Part shown: in pieces, positions 1 through 9,365 of the stretch
How positions within the stretch are numbered: position 1 is the first letter of the stretch
Layout: the number at the start of each line of letters is the position of its first letter
DNA from: a virus
Taxonomy: Duplodnaviria > Caudoviricetes
Length of the DNA: 64,000 bases
IMG/VR virus record: IMGVR_UViG_3300049023_000063
Span: 1,175 to 65,174 of that record
Direction: 5' to 3' (one strand)
Notes under the pieces: generated by a model
Databases searched by the model: none
The model's input: only the letters and a program-made list of their open reading frames with translations
Told to the model about the DNA's origin: nothing
Made by a program: the position numbers and the translations under genes

Positions 1-551
1 CTGCCACCAGCGATGGTGTAGTTGCCGCTTGCCGCACCCAATACGCGACCACAATACAGTCCAGCACTCTGTCCAGTCAGAGAGTATGTGCCAGCAGCAG
101 CTGTCAGCTTGCGCGCCAAGATCAATGCCGCAGACTGAGCGGTAATAATGTAAGACCCGTTTGTGGCAGTCAGAAGTCGCCCGTAAAAGAGTCCTGCGGC
201 TTGCCCGGTGATCGAATAGGTGCTGGCTGCAGCACTCAATATTCGTTGAAGCGCCAACGTCGCAGCTTGGCCTGACAGCAGATAGCTGCCAGATGACGCC
301 AAAATCAAGAAGCCGCGCTTTAGGGCTGTATCGTTCCCGGTCAGAACGAAAGTGCCACTGGTGCATGTTAGGGTGCGATTTACCCGCAGCGATGCTGCGT
401 TACCGGTGATGGAATACGTTCCAGCATCGGCGGTTAGCGTGTAGCTTGCCCCTGAACCAGATGTCTGATTAATGAACGTGCCAACTAACTGCCCATCATC
501 TCCACTCGCCTCGTTTATGTAGACGCCAGGCAGTTGCGCTTGGCGAGCCAT
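1..551 (-). CDS. 22-aa-repeat putative virion fibre/decoration protein (runs off the window edge)
   Basis: Manual translation from ATG at 551, which abuts the upstream stop: MARQAQLPGVYINE..., then at least 6.5 repeats such as LTADAGTYSITGNAASLRVNRT and LTAAAGTYSLTGQSAGLYCGRV. No stop before position 1. Not in the ORF track. Confidence 0.75.
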   Translation of the reverse strand, partial: MARQAQLPGVYINEASGDDGQLVGTFINQTSGSGASYTLTADAGTYSITGNAASLRVNRTLTCTSGTFVLTGNDTALKRGFLILASSGSYLLSGQAATLALQRILSAAASTYSITGQAAGLFYGRLLTATNGSYIITAQSAALILARKLTAAAGTYSLTGQSAGLYCGRVLGAASGNYTIAGG

Positions 552-1867
552 TACGACACCTGTAATACTGGATCTACATATACAGTAGTATTAAGCTTAG
601 CCAGCCTTACCTTTGCAAAAATCCAGCCTTTTTCTTGCGGCGTCACCGTAACGGAAAGCTTTTGTTTATTAGGGTTCGACATGCCGGTAGTTGTCCAAGT
701 TGCAGAGCTAGATGTTTGATCGGCAGCGGTTGCGAAAATATCAGTGCGGCAATCATTAGTAAAGCCGCTAAGCGGATAGCCAGATGTATTCAATGACTGT
801 ACTTCAAGCCATATTTCACTGTCTTTTAAGTTTGTCGCACTATCCCTAAGAATATCTACAGTTAGAGTAACGGCACTGCCTGTTGTTTCATTCCATACGG
901 CAATATCGTCCGTATCCAGCGTGTTGAATACTTCATTTGCATAAGAAACGTTAGAAACCATCTTCCAAGATATACCGGTCGTTCCATCGGATGCGCCACC
1001 GGTTTTAATCAAGGTAGTCTCGCTCTTGATGCTGCCAACGTTATCTTCAATCCACAAGCGATAGTTAGTGTCCGTGCTATCGCAGTTGTACATTGAGATA
1101 CGCAGACCTGGGCCAGATGTGCTACTGGCTACCAAGGAGCCGGACCACGAAGCCGGTAGTTTGCAATTACGAAAAACACAAGTTCCAGATGCTAATGGGG
1201 TAGTAACTATCAGGTTCATGGTGCTACCGAAGCCCGAGAAATCAAAACCCTCAACCAGCATCTTGCCACCCCTACCATCCGCACCGAAATGGAAAAGGCT
1301 AGTCGGGGTAGATGAGCCAGACTCCATTGACCCACCCTGAATATGCAGACTGTGCTGTACAATAAATTTATTGGCGGCGTTAGAGAAATATAAGGTAGTA
1401 TTAATAAGCTTCAGGTGCGTAATAATATTGGTCTGCGGCATTGTAAAGGTGCCAGAAGAGCCAGTATTTGTTGTTTTAAATTTACAATTACTATAAACCT
1501 GCGAGCCACCGCCGCTGCACAATTGAATGGATGAGCTAGTAGTAAAGGAAACACCCTCTGCGTATAACCACCCTGATATTGTGATTGCATTACCGCCCGT
1601 GGTTGCGATTGTCGCGCCATACGAGAATGCCGTGGGTGGCTCTGCGCCATCATTAACGCTTAATAGCCTAGTTGGATTCCCGTTCACGCCTGCAAACGCA
1701 AGTGTTATTGGACTTGCTGTGGACTCAGAGTGCACAGAGGAAAGGTATAAGTTATCTCCTGCTGCATCAATTGCCGCCAAACCAGTTGTGGTCGCCTTGG
1801 CCAATGCCCAAGTCGTTCCGTTATCTGCGTCGCTACCATCGCTAGAGCGACCGTACCTGTTAGCCAT
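551..1867 (-). CDS. Ser/Thr/Gly-rich putative virion structural protein (438 aa)
   Basis: Long ORF abutting both neighbours; beta-rich S/T/G composition typical of fibre or appendage proteins. Confidence 0.6.
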   Translation of the reverse strand: MANRYGRSSDGSDADNGTTWALAKATTTGLAAIDAAGDNLYLSSVHSESTASPITLAFAGVNGNPTRLLSVNDGAEPPTAFSYGATIATTGGNAITISGWLYAEGVSFTTSSSIQLCSGGGSQVYSNCKFKTTNTGSSGTFTMPQTNIITHLKLINTTLYFSNAANKFIVQHSLHIQGGSMESGSSTPTSLFHFGADGRGGKMLVEGFDFSGFGSTMNLIVTTPLASGTCVFRNCKLPASWSGSLVASSTSGPGLRISMYNCDSTDTNYRLWIEDNVGSIKSETTLIKTGGASDGTTGISWKMVSNVSYANEVFNTLDTDDIAVWNETTGSAVTLTVDILRDSATNLKDSEIWLEVQSLNTSGYPLSGFTNDCRTDIFATAADQTSSSATWTTTGMSNPNKQKLSVTVTPQEKGWIFAKVRLAKLNTTVYVDPVLQVS

Positions 1868-2304
1868 TAATCAGCCCCAATTACATCGGCACGCGCTTGC
1901 GTCAGAAGATTAACGGACACCAGATAAGCTAATCCAGGGCGAGCGTTATACAGCCTGACAAGATACGCAGAATCCAGTAGACGCAGGAAATCATCAACAA
2001 CAGCATTGGACGCGCGCGCAGCATAGATGCCGATGCGCTCAGCCGCCGTGAATCGCATTAGGAATTCATATGGGGTAATAGCGACGGGGCTTCCTGCGAT
2101 TTGCTCTGCAATTGCCTGACGTTGATTTAACGTTTCGTTGATGTGTGATGCGCGCGCCTGCAACACCGCCTGCGGGTCCAAACCATCATTCAAATACTCG
2201 TAAGTGTAGACAGAGCCATTACTGTCTACGTGGTTCTCGGTGACAGGCACCCTTCCATCTACCTGTGGCACCCCAAGTGTGTATGTGGACGAAACCAGGG
2301 CCAC
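1867..2304 (-). CDS. Phage hypothetical protein (145 aa)
   Basis: Coupled ORF within the structural-like cluster. Confidence 0.55.
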   Translation of the reverse strand: MALVSSTYTLGVPQVDGRVPVTENHVDSNGSVYTYEYLNDGLDPQAVLQARASHINETLNQRQAIAEQIAGSPVAITPYEFLMRFTAAERIGIYAARASNAVVDDFLRLLDSAYLVRLYNARPGLAYLVSVNLLTQARADVIGAD

Positions 2305-2314
2305 AATTGCACCA

Positions 2315-2728
2315 TTAAGCCAACGTGAACAGGCCGTTCGTACCGTCGAAGTCGATGGTCAGCGTTTCGCCATCGGCCAAGGTGATCGAGGAGCCGTAGT
2401 CGTAATAGCCGATCAGGTCGTCATTCGTGGCGGTATCGTTATAGACAACCACATATCGGAACGCACCCACAGTACCGCCGGATGCAGTAAGCACCAGGTC
2501 GTTCAGCACCAGCTTGTACGTACCGGACGACTGCGACGACGAACTGGTTGTGATGTTGCGCGACGAGCAGTTCGTATAGCTGATCTCGGTGATGTCGGTC
2601 AGCACCGCACCGGTAGATGCGGTAGGCGCGGTATTGGTCAGCGCCACCTTCAACTGATCGGAGCCGAGGTTGTGCTTTTTCTCGGCCATCGCCTCAACGA
2701 AGGCATGGAATTTAACGTAGGTTGCCAT
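2315..2728 (-). CDS. Conserved phage structural-type protein (137 aa)
   Basis: MATYVKFHAFVEAMAEKKHNLGSDQLKVALTN...LIGYYDYGSSITLADGETLTIDF resembles a recurrent phage virion-associated family (recognised from memory). Confidence 0.65.
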   Translation of the reverse strand: MATYVKFHAFVEAMAEKKHNLGSDQLKVALTNTAPTASTGAVLTDITEISYTNCSSRNITTSSSSQSSGTYKLVLNDLVLTASGGTVGAFRYVVVYNDTATNDDLIGYYDYGSSITLADGETLTIDFDGTNGLFTLA

Positions 2729-2802
2729 GTTGAGGCCTTTCTATGGACGCGCGAAATCGCGGGGCAGCTTTCGCCGCTCCGACCGGTTCTTGGTGCTTTG
2801 GA

Positions 2803-3021
2803 TTACTTACTGGCTTTCTGAGGCGGTGGGGCAAGCGTCAGGTTACCGACCACGAACCCCTTAGACTTCTCGATGCGCTGCAACTGCAGGGCGCCGCGCT
2901 CGGCGATCTTGTCACCCCAAGCGTCAACCCAATCTTTCAAGGTCAGGCTGAATGGGATGTTGCGCGCCTCGCAGTGCCGGCGCAGGTTGTCGTGTTTGCG
3001 GATTGCTTCTTCTGGGGTCAT
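2803..3021 (-). CDS. Small hypothetical protein, possible degenerate endonuclease-like fragment
   Basis: RNIPFSLTLKDW...LQRIEKSKGFVVGN resembles segments of small phage endonucleases; stop/start overlap with 3018..3218. Confidence 0.35.
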   Translation of the reverse strand: MTPEEAIRKHDNLRRHCEARNIPFSLTLKDWVDAWGDKIAERGALQLQRIEKSKGFVVGNLTLAPPPQKASK

Positions 3022-3342
3022 GAATACTTCAGGCTTGCAGGCGGTACACGCTTCACCATCTCGACCAAGCTCAACCCCTCGTAGCCCTTCGAGCGCAGGA
3101 TGGTCATGGCGATCTCGTTGTCCTCAAGGCGAATGGCCAGTTGATCCAGGATCTCGCCTGGGTCACTCTTCACCAACCTCGGAAACAGGCTGCGGTAGTA
3201 GCGCCAATTGAGCTGCATATCAGGCTTTCGATAGGTACAGCAAACCGGCTGGAATCACCATTGCCAGGATCATCAAGCCAAGAATGGCTAGGTATATCTT
3301 GTCCTCTTGGCGGCGGAAGCGTGGGATTCTCATGGCCTTACG

Positions 3343-3370
3343 AATAAAAAGGCCGCCCGAGTGGGGCGGC
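3343..3370 (-). terminator. Intrinsic terminator
   Basis: Minus strand GCCGCCC-CACTC-GGGCGGC followed by CTTTTTATT. Confidence 0.75.
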
Positions 3371-3479
3371 GAGAATACCGGGTGACTAGATCCGGTATTG
3401 GAGACTGGTTGTGATGAATCCATGTGGCGTGCGTTGGAAGCTTGCCGCAAATTACAGACCGTCATCCTTTCGGAATTTC

Positions 3480-3553
3480 TCGATCTGGCAGGACTCGAAC
3501 CTGCGACCTCCGGGTCGCCACTCCCGGCGTTCTATCCACTGAACTACGGCATT
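3480..3553 (-). pseudogene. tRNA-like element with intact D- and T-arms but unpaired acceptor stem and 8-nt non-canonical anticodon loop
   Basis: Minus strand: TA GTTC-AGTGGATA-GAAC G CCGGG-AGTGGCGA-CCCGG AGGTC GCAGG-TTCGAGT-CCTGC. Acceptor strands AATGCCG/CAGATCG pair at only 2 of 7 positions. No CCA end. Confidence 0.7.
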
Positions 3554-3712
3554 ATGCTGCGCAACTTAGCGCGTCACCACACAGAGCCACGCTGCCGCCA
3601 AGTCCAATGCGGGAACAGATGCGACAAGATGGCTGTGTGTGGCGCCTCGTTTCGTGAGGCAACGGCAGGCTTGCTACTCCAGCGTCCTGGAGCGCGTTGG
3701 TCCGCACCTAAT

Positions 3713-3943
3713 TTAGGTTGTTGGCCTTACGCCAAAATATGTTCCAACGAATGCGCCGAGTATCGCAGGGATCAGCGCATAGTTGTCGTTCACGATACTG
3801 ATCGTGGCCAACGCCTGCATTCCATATAGGAATCCGGCCCAACTCGCGGCGCGGAGCGGGGCGCCATCCTTCACGCTGCCGATGTAGCGCGCCCATGCAA
3901 AGTCAACGATAAATAGCGCTACGAAGATGCCAAGGTAGATCAT
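3713..3943 (-). CDS. Small membrane protein (76 aa)
   Basis: Three hydrophobic segments; lies in the late transcript after tR'. Confidence 0.55.
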   Translation of the reverse strand: MIYLGIFVALFIVDFAWARYIGSVKDGAPLRAASWAGFLYGMQALATISIVNDNYALIPAILGAFVGTYFGVRPTT

Positions 3944-3955
3944 TCACTGCTGCCG

Positions 3956-4111
3956 CTAGTCATCGTGGTTGTATGGCTTCGAATCGGGCACGAGCTGCCA
4001 GCCTAGCTCGCGACGCGCCTCATCCGGCGTCGGCGGCGGGTCTTTCGATTCGTGGCGCTTGTAAAGGTATTCGCGGAGCTGCTGTTTAGTAGGACGCTTC
4101 ACTTCAGTCAT
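3956..4111 (-). CDS. 51-aa microprotein with PTK-x-Q...PPP-x-P...RR-x-LGW motif
   Basis: Manual translation MTEVKRPTKQQLREYLYKRHESKDPPPTPDEARRELGWQLVPDSKPYNHDD; paralog at 24120..24260. Confidence 0.7.
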   Translation of the reverse strand: MTEVKRPTKQQLREYLYKRHESKDPPPTPDEARRELGWQLVPDSKPYNHDD

Positions 4112-4126
4112 GGCGCCCTCCGGCTG

Positions 4127-4480
4127 TTAGTCCGGTGCTTCAGTGAAGGTCACGTAGTATTTATTGCCCGGAACCAGCTTATCAACTACAGACTGATTTC
4201 GGATTGTCGCGTCGAAGCGCGCTTGCGGAGTTTGGTGGCCGAAGATGGCGTTTTCGGACGCTGCCTGCTTTTCCGTAGAGCCTTCCCATACAGCGCCAAA
4301 TTCAACCTTGACCATCGGTTCAGTCTGGTTGACGAAGCGATGTTCAGCGATCCCATTCAACGTCAGCTTACAAACCATCACCGAGCCAGGGATGCCTGCG
4401 GTAACGCAATCGTCAATACCAGACGCATCCATTTCGGCCAGCTTTTGAAGCAGCCATCCGCGTGTAATTTGGAATTTCAT
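4127..4480 (-). CDS. Phage hypothetical protein (117 aa)
   Basis: First ORF downstream of tR', with a GAGG ribosome-binding site. Confidence 0.6.
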   Translation of the reverse strand: MKFQITRGWLLQKLAEMDASGIDDCVTAGIPGSVMVCKLTLNGIAEHRFVNQTEPMVKVEFGAVWEGSTEKQAASENAIFGHQTPQARFDATIRNQSVVDKLVPGNKYYVTFTEAPD

Positions 4481-4542
4481 TTCAACCTCTATGTGAAAGC
4501 CTTGTGGGGCGTAGAGGCCTTGTTCTCACAATCTTGCGGGCC

Positions 4543-4571
4543 AAAAGAAAAACCCGCACGAGGCGGGTCTT
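4543..4571 (-). terminator. tR'-like intrinsic terminator
   Basis: Minus strand ACCCGC-CTCGT-GCGGGT followed by TTTTCTTTT, about 150-175 nt downstream of the late promoter. Confidence 0.75.
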
Positions 4572-4725
4572 GGGGTTGACTCCCGCGACTATAGTGCGCG
4601 GTGAGTCGGTAAATTTTTAGTGCGAGCAAGGGCTGTAACGTTTGGCCTGGTCTGCTCGCTAATCCCGGTTATCGGTGGCGATTTCTCGCACATTACGAGG
4701 GCCGGAAGTATGTAGGTTCGTGCGT

Positions 4726-4754
4726 ATTATAGTTTGGTGTTTTTTGGTTTACAA
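4726..4754 (-). promoter_or_regulatory. Late promoter pR'-like (sigma70)
   Basis: Minus strand TTGTAA-17 nt-TATAAT downstream of the Q-like gene and followed by a terminator, as in lambda pR'-tR'. Confidence 0.75.
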
Positions 4755-5025
4755 GCACAATTTCATATTTTTTCGAAACTATCCCATCCTACTGGGAAGC
4801 AGCATCCAAACGACAGATGGTCGCCATTTCGAGTGAGAATGTATGCAAACATCTCCACGATGTACGAATCTCTGATCTGAATTTTCAACTCACGGATTCG
4901 ATGTGATTCCGGCTTAATCTGCGACTCTAGGTCGCAGAATTCCGCCTCAAGAATCCTACCCACCAATTCAACCCTGACCACAGGAAGTAGCTCACCGTCC
5001 ATTTCAAACCTAACGGTCGGAGGTA

Positions 5026-5568
5026 TCAACCTTCCCTCCTGTTCAACGCTGCTGCTGCACGCTGGTGCGACATGAGTAAGTCTTGCAGTTCGCTGACCAT
5101 ATCCGCGACACGCTCGCGCTCGAATCCTCCACCTGGTATCGGCGCGCAGCCAGTTCCGTTGCAGGTCGGGCAGATGCGGCGGTCTGGGGTTTGCTTGGCG
5201 CCGTGGCATGAGCTGCAGTTCGGGTCCATCCAATATGCCAGGGAGGAATGGGCGACACGCTTGAACAAGGCGTGGGCTGCGTTCGCATCCCACTCGGTGT
5301 TTAGCTTCACCCACTTGCGGGCCAGACCTTGCTGCTTAACTCGCGCTTCCCATACTCGAAGCAGTGCGACCAGGTTGCCGGTGCCAGCCTCGAATGCTTT
5401 GTGCACGCTGCCATCGGCATATTTGACGCGGGCAAGGAGGGAACCAAGGGCGCGGCCAGATGCATCAGCCAGTGCTGCGGCACATAGTGCATCCGTGGCA
5501 TGGTGGTGCTCATCGTCGCGGAGGTCGCTGGAGCCGAGGCTATGGACGTATTTTTCGATGAAGGACAT
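5026..5568 (-). CDS. Q: Late-gene antiterminator Q-like protein with CxxC..CxxC zinc finger
   Basis: Last gene-sized conserved ORF of the early-right operon before pR'; CSSCHG...CPTCNGTG motif. Start moved to MSFIEK. Confidence 0.65.
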   Translation of the reverse strand: MSFIEKYVHSLGSSDLRDDEHHHATDALCAAALADASGRALGSLLARVKYADGSVHKAFEAGTGNLVALLRVWEARVKQQGLARKWVKLNTEWDANAAHALFKRVAHSSLAYWMDPNCSSCHGAKQTPDRRICPTCNGTGCAPIPGGGFERERVADMVSELQDLLMSHQRAAAALNRREG

Positions 5569-5573
5569 GGTGG

Positions 5574-5891
5574 TCAGCAGATCAGTGTTTCGCGTGGAAG
5601 ATTGCGAAACCAATCAAAGCCCGGAACTTCCCATTCTGGCCTTGGTTCCAGCCAATCAATTCCTCGCTTCTGCTTCGCCTCTTGGTATTGCCGCATGAGG
5701 CGCTGCAGCATTTCTGATTCAGTCTCGGGCTTCGGTGTAAGCGGGTTCTGCACTTCCTTGACCGGTGAGGTCACCTTTTTGAACACCAGCGCCAAATGCT
5801 CGCGGATCGAATCCCATTGCTCTTGCGTTGGTGGGGTTGGTGAGAGTTCCGCGAAACCCTGGAACCAATATGCAAACTGTTCTGGCGTCAT
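5574..5891 (-). CDS. Phage hypothetical protein (105 aa)
   Basis: MTPEQFAYWFQGFAEL N-terminus is a recurrent phage motif; tightly packed in the operon. Confidence 0.6.
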   Translation of the reverse strand: MTPEQFAYWFQGFAELSPTPPTQEQWDSIREHLALVFKKVTSPVKEVQNPLTPKPETESEMLQRLMRQYQEAKQKRGIDWLEPRPEWEVPGFDWFRNLPRETLIC

Positions 5892-6419
5892 GACTGCCTC
5901 TTAGCTGTGGCGGCGATAGGCGCCGGCCATAGAGCGCTCAATGGCCTCACGAACCTGACCGACCGTCACACGCTGATTGATTTCCCATTGCACTGGATCG
6001 GCTATAACCATGGTGCCTAATTGATCTTGAGACAACGGGATTAATGGCATACCCCTGAAGCGCATGACGTTCTGGAAGCGCATTTCGCACTTCTCGATCC
6101 CATCATTGTTCACCGGATATACCGGCTGCATCACCCAATGTTCGAACTGCTTTGGCATATCACCTCCGACGCTATGCTGAATGCTTGCCGATGAATAAAC
6201 CGATACCAAATAGGATTAACCACAACCCAGCAGGCGCCAAAATAAGTACAATCAAACTGATCATGCCGGCCACATCCCAGAGCCAATCCACAGCCCCAAT
6301 CTGATCCAACGCGTATATCAGAAATGCCAAGACAAAAGCGCTACATGCCAGCGTAACCATGATTTCCCCTATGTTTTGCGCTTTATATCACCGCCTTGAA
6401 AATCGTGCAGTGCTCGTTT

Positions 6420-6890
6420 CTAGAACGGGATATCCGAGTCCATGTCATCGAAGTTCGGTGCGGGGCGCGATGCCGGTTGTGACGCTGGCTTGCCTTTGCC
6501 CTTTCCTTTTCCGGTGGCCGGCGCGGCGGCTGGCTGCGCGGAATCTTGCGCGTCCTGACGCCCACCCAGCATCTGCATGTTCTCGGCGATGATGTCAGTG
6601 GCGTACCGCTCGATGCCGTCCTTGTCGGTGTACTTGCGGGTCTGCAGGCGGCCTTCCACGTAGACGCTACTACCCTTCTTCAGGTATTGACTGACCACCT
6701 CGGCAAGGCGACCAAAGAACGAGATCCGATGCCACTCGGTGTGCTCTTTCTGTTCACCTGTGTTGCGGTCCTTGGTGTGGTAGCTCGTAGCGACTGCAAT
6801 GTTTGCGATTGCATCGCCGGCAGGGGTGTAGCGCACATCGGGATCTTTCCCGAGGTTGCCCACGATGATGACTTTATTTACTGATGCCAT
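6420..6890 (-). CDS. ssb: Single-stranded DNA-binding protein
   Basis: [21 protein letters not shown]...[12 protein letters not shown] and acidic C-terminal DSDIPF. Confidence 0.98.
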   Translation of the reverse strand: MASVNKVIIVGNLGKDPDVRYTPAGDAIANIAVATSYHTKDRNTGEQKEHTEWHRISFFGRLAEVVSQYLKKGSSVYVEGRLQTRKYTDKDGIERYATDIIAENMQMLGGRQDAQDSAQPAAAPATGKGKGKGKPASQPASRPAPNFDDMDSDIPF

Positions 6891-7171
6891 GATTTAACTC
6901 CAATCCATTTCTACTTTAAGGGTGTGGCTGCATCGCATCGGCCCGCCAATTGCGCTATCACATACGCGTTCAGTTACCACTACCAAGTTGCCGCCGTGGG
7001 TGTTGAGTAAGTCCTCAAGCTTCTGTGCGGCCAGTTCAATCTCAAGGCGTGATGGCGTTGCTTTACTGCCTTGATCTACGACCTTGATTTCGGACATCTT
7101 ACGTCTTGGGCATTCAGCGCATGGGAAATTCAAGGCCTCCGCGCAATCTAGGCATTGATCCACCTGCCTAC

Positions 7172-7804
7172 TCATGCCTTACCCTCCCTTACGGCCTTGA
7201 TGATGGCGTCCAAATCGATGCGCCCAATTCCGCGCTCAAGATCGAATCCATTTTCGTAATCGACGCATCCAAGTGCGCAGCGGTTGCGCACAGTGACAGC
7301 CACCTTCTCCAGCATGGTAGTAGGGACTACATCGCCGTCTTCGATGGCGCGAGCGATTACCGCGTCAGCGACCCTTGTGCTAAAACCTGAATCAGCGAAG
7401 ATGGATGACAACTCCATGTTGGTCATCCTCGTTTGCGGATACTGTGGCGCTGGCTTGGGCCATGTGCAAACCGACCAATCAAGCCCAGGATTATCAGCCG
7501 GCGCAGTGAACTCGTCACCGCGACCGTCCAGTAACTTATCGCCCCACCATACTGGCTTACCTTCACACATGCCGAGAGGGATCATGACGAGATCGCAGTC
7601 AGATGCGGACCCCGAGTTGAACTCGCCGCCAGCCATGGTCCATGAGTTAGTATCGTCATGCTCGGTGTAGACCCCAATCAGCGGATAATCGGCTGATCGG
7701 CCATCCCATTTAAGGATGGTGGCCGCCTGGCCGTCACGGCAGCAGTATGGTGCGCCAGCCTTGGCGGCTTCCAGGTCGAAGGGCTTGGTGTGTTCTGGTC
7801 TCAT
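7172..7804 (-). CDS. Phage hypothetical protein (210 aa)
   Basis: KPFDLEAAKAGAP...RDG motif; coupled to neighbouring ORFs. Confidence 0.55.
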   Translation of the reverse strand: MRPEHTKPFDLEAAKAGAPYCCRDGQAATILKWDGRSADYPLIGVYTEHDDTNSWTMAGGEFNSGSASDCDLVMIPLGMCEGKPVWWGDKLLDGRGDEFTAPADNPGLDWSVCTWPKPAPQYPQTRMTNMELSSIFADSGFSTRVADAVIARAIEDGDVVPTTMLEKVAVTVRNRCALGCVDYENGFDLERGIGRIDLDAIIKAVREGKA

Positions 7805-8593
7805 GGCTTTGGCCTCTCCGGCAATATGACGATGATAGCTGCGATGAACATCACAACCACGAAGCCAGCACCGATATATAGACCGTCATGCCTGACTATT
7901 TCCGGCTTAACGATTGGTTGAGCGGGCTTTTCGGTAGATGCTCTCGATTGGTTGGCCACATGACCGTGCGCCGCAGAGAGGGCTACGGAAGTTGCTGTGA
8001 ATGGCATCACGCCACCTCCATGAACTTCAGTGCGATGCGAGCCTCAGCAATCGCTGGTGGCAGGTCGCCCTCGAATTCGATTTGCGCCAGGGTGCGGCCT
8101 GCCGGATCAAGGTCGAGCGCTTGCCTTTCAGCCAGCGCCAGCAGTTGTTCCATCTTCTGTTTGATGTTGATGAGGGTCACGATTTTTCCTTTGGGGTGTA
8201 GGTGGTGAAGTTCCTGCAGATGAAAATTGAGGATTCGGTATACAGGACTGGGGCATCAACTCCGCGCGGCGTCATGTCGATTGCCTTCTGGCGCCAATGG
8301 TGCAAGGCGAATGCCTCCGTTTCGTTCTCTGCTGTGATTCGAAGCTTACCGTCCATTTGGATATCAACTTTCACTTTCCGCCTCCTCTTTAACTCGTTGC
8401 ACCGGTTGCAAAATCTTCCGCCAATATTCACGCTTTACTTCGCGCTGGGCTTCGTTCATCAAGACGAACTTCCCGCACTCCCGTTCGTAGTGCAATGTCT
8501 TGAAGGTTGCACTCGGGTCGTCTGGGCAGTGGCATAGGCCGGAGTGCATGTGCTCGCGGCGTGGTGGTTCCATGCGGAGGCAGTCAACGCATT

Positions 8594-9358
8594 TCATGCT
8601 GCAGCCTTTCGGAAGTCGGGCCAGGTGAAAGCGGCGATGAACGAGTTTTCATTCAGGCGAGAATCCACGCGATCACCGACGAAGTTATGAAGCGTTTCGA
8701 GCGCCTGGTTTGTGATGGCGATCACCGGTCGCAGGCTGTTGTAGCGGCGGTTGATTACCTCGGTCAGCAGGTTCTTTGCGTTGTCGGAAGGCGGCATCGC
8801 GTCGATCTCGTCCAGGATCAGCACGTCGAATACGACGAAGCGTAGGATCTCGCCCTCTTGCGATTTACCCTTGGCCTTGCCATCGGAGCTGTAGGCGTCC
8901 TGAATCTCCGAGATCATCTGGCTGGCGGTGCAATAGCGAACGGTGATGCCGATCTTGTCAATCATGTATTGCGCCAACTCGGTTGCCAGCAGCGTCTTGC
9001 CGGTGCCGTTCTTCCCCACCATGAGCAGGGTGGTCCAGAGGCGTTCCTTCTTGAGGCAATCGAGGAATGCCTTACCCTGGGCGCGGGCCGCGCGCATCGC
9101 CGGCGTGGTGGCCGGGAAGGTTTGCCCGACGTACTTTTCCGGCAGCGTGGCGGCGCGATAGATGGCTTCCTTGCGCTCGCGAACGAGCTTCGCATCCTCC
9201 TCCAGCTTTCGCAGTTCGTGGGCGCAGTCGCTGCAGAACCACTCCTGAGGCTGGACCTTGAACAGATGCACCGTGCTTTCGCCGTGTGTCGGGCAAGTGC
9301 CGGTGAAAGCTTGGGTGCGCGGCAGGTTTGCGATGTCGCTGATTTCCTTGAAGGTCAT
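8594..9358 (-). CDS. DnaC/IstB-like AAA+ helicase loader
   Basis: Walker A GKNGTGKT, Walker B LILDE, VINRRY..LRP; directly follows the initiator. Start moved to MTFKEIS. Confidence 0.9.
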   Translation of the reverse strand: MTFKEISDIANLPRTQAFTGTCPTHGESTVHLFKVQPQEWFCSDCAHELRKLEEDAKLVRERKEAIYRAATLPEKYVGQTFPATTPAMRAARAQGKAFLDCLKKERLWTTLLMVGKNGTGKTLLATELAQYMIDKIGITVRYCTASQMISEIQDAYSSDGKAKGKSQEGEILRFVVFDVLILDEIDAMPPSDNAKNLLTEVINRRYNSLRPVIAITNQALETLHNFVGDRVDSRLNENSFIAAFTWPDFRKAAA

Positions 9359-9365
9359 GGTCGCC

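Noticed and set aside
3480-3553. Functional tRNA gene
   Set aside because: The acceptor stem does not pair, the anticodon loop is 8 nt without U33, and there is no CCA; reported as tRNA-like instead.
4763-5613. ORF-track starts for 4763..5314 and 5026..5613, and similar 5' extensions at 36562, 53064 and 53521
   Set aside because: The extensions overlap upstream genes in another frame; shorter starts with coupling or ribosome-binding sites fit better.
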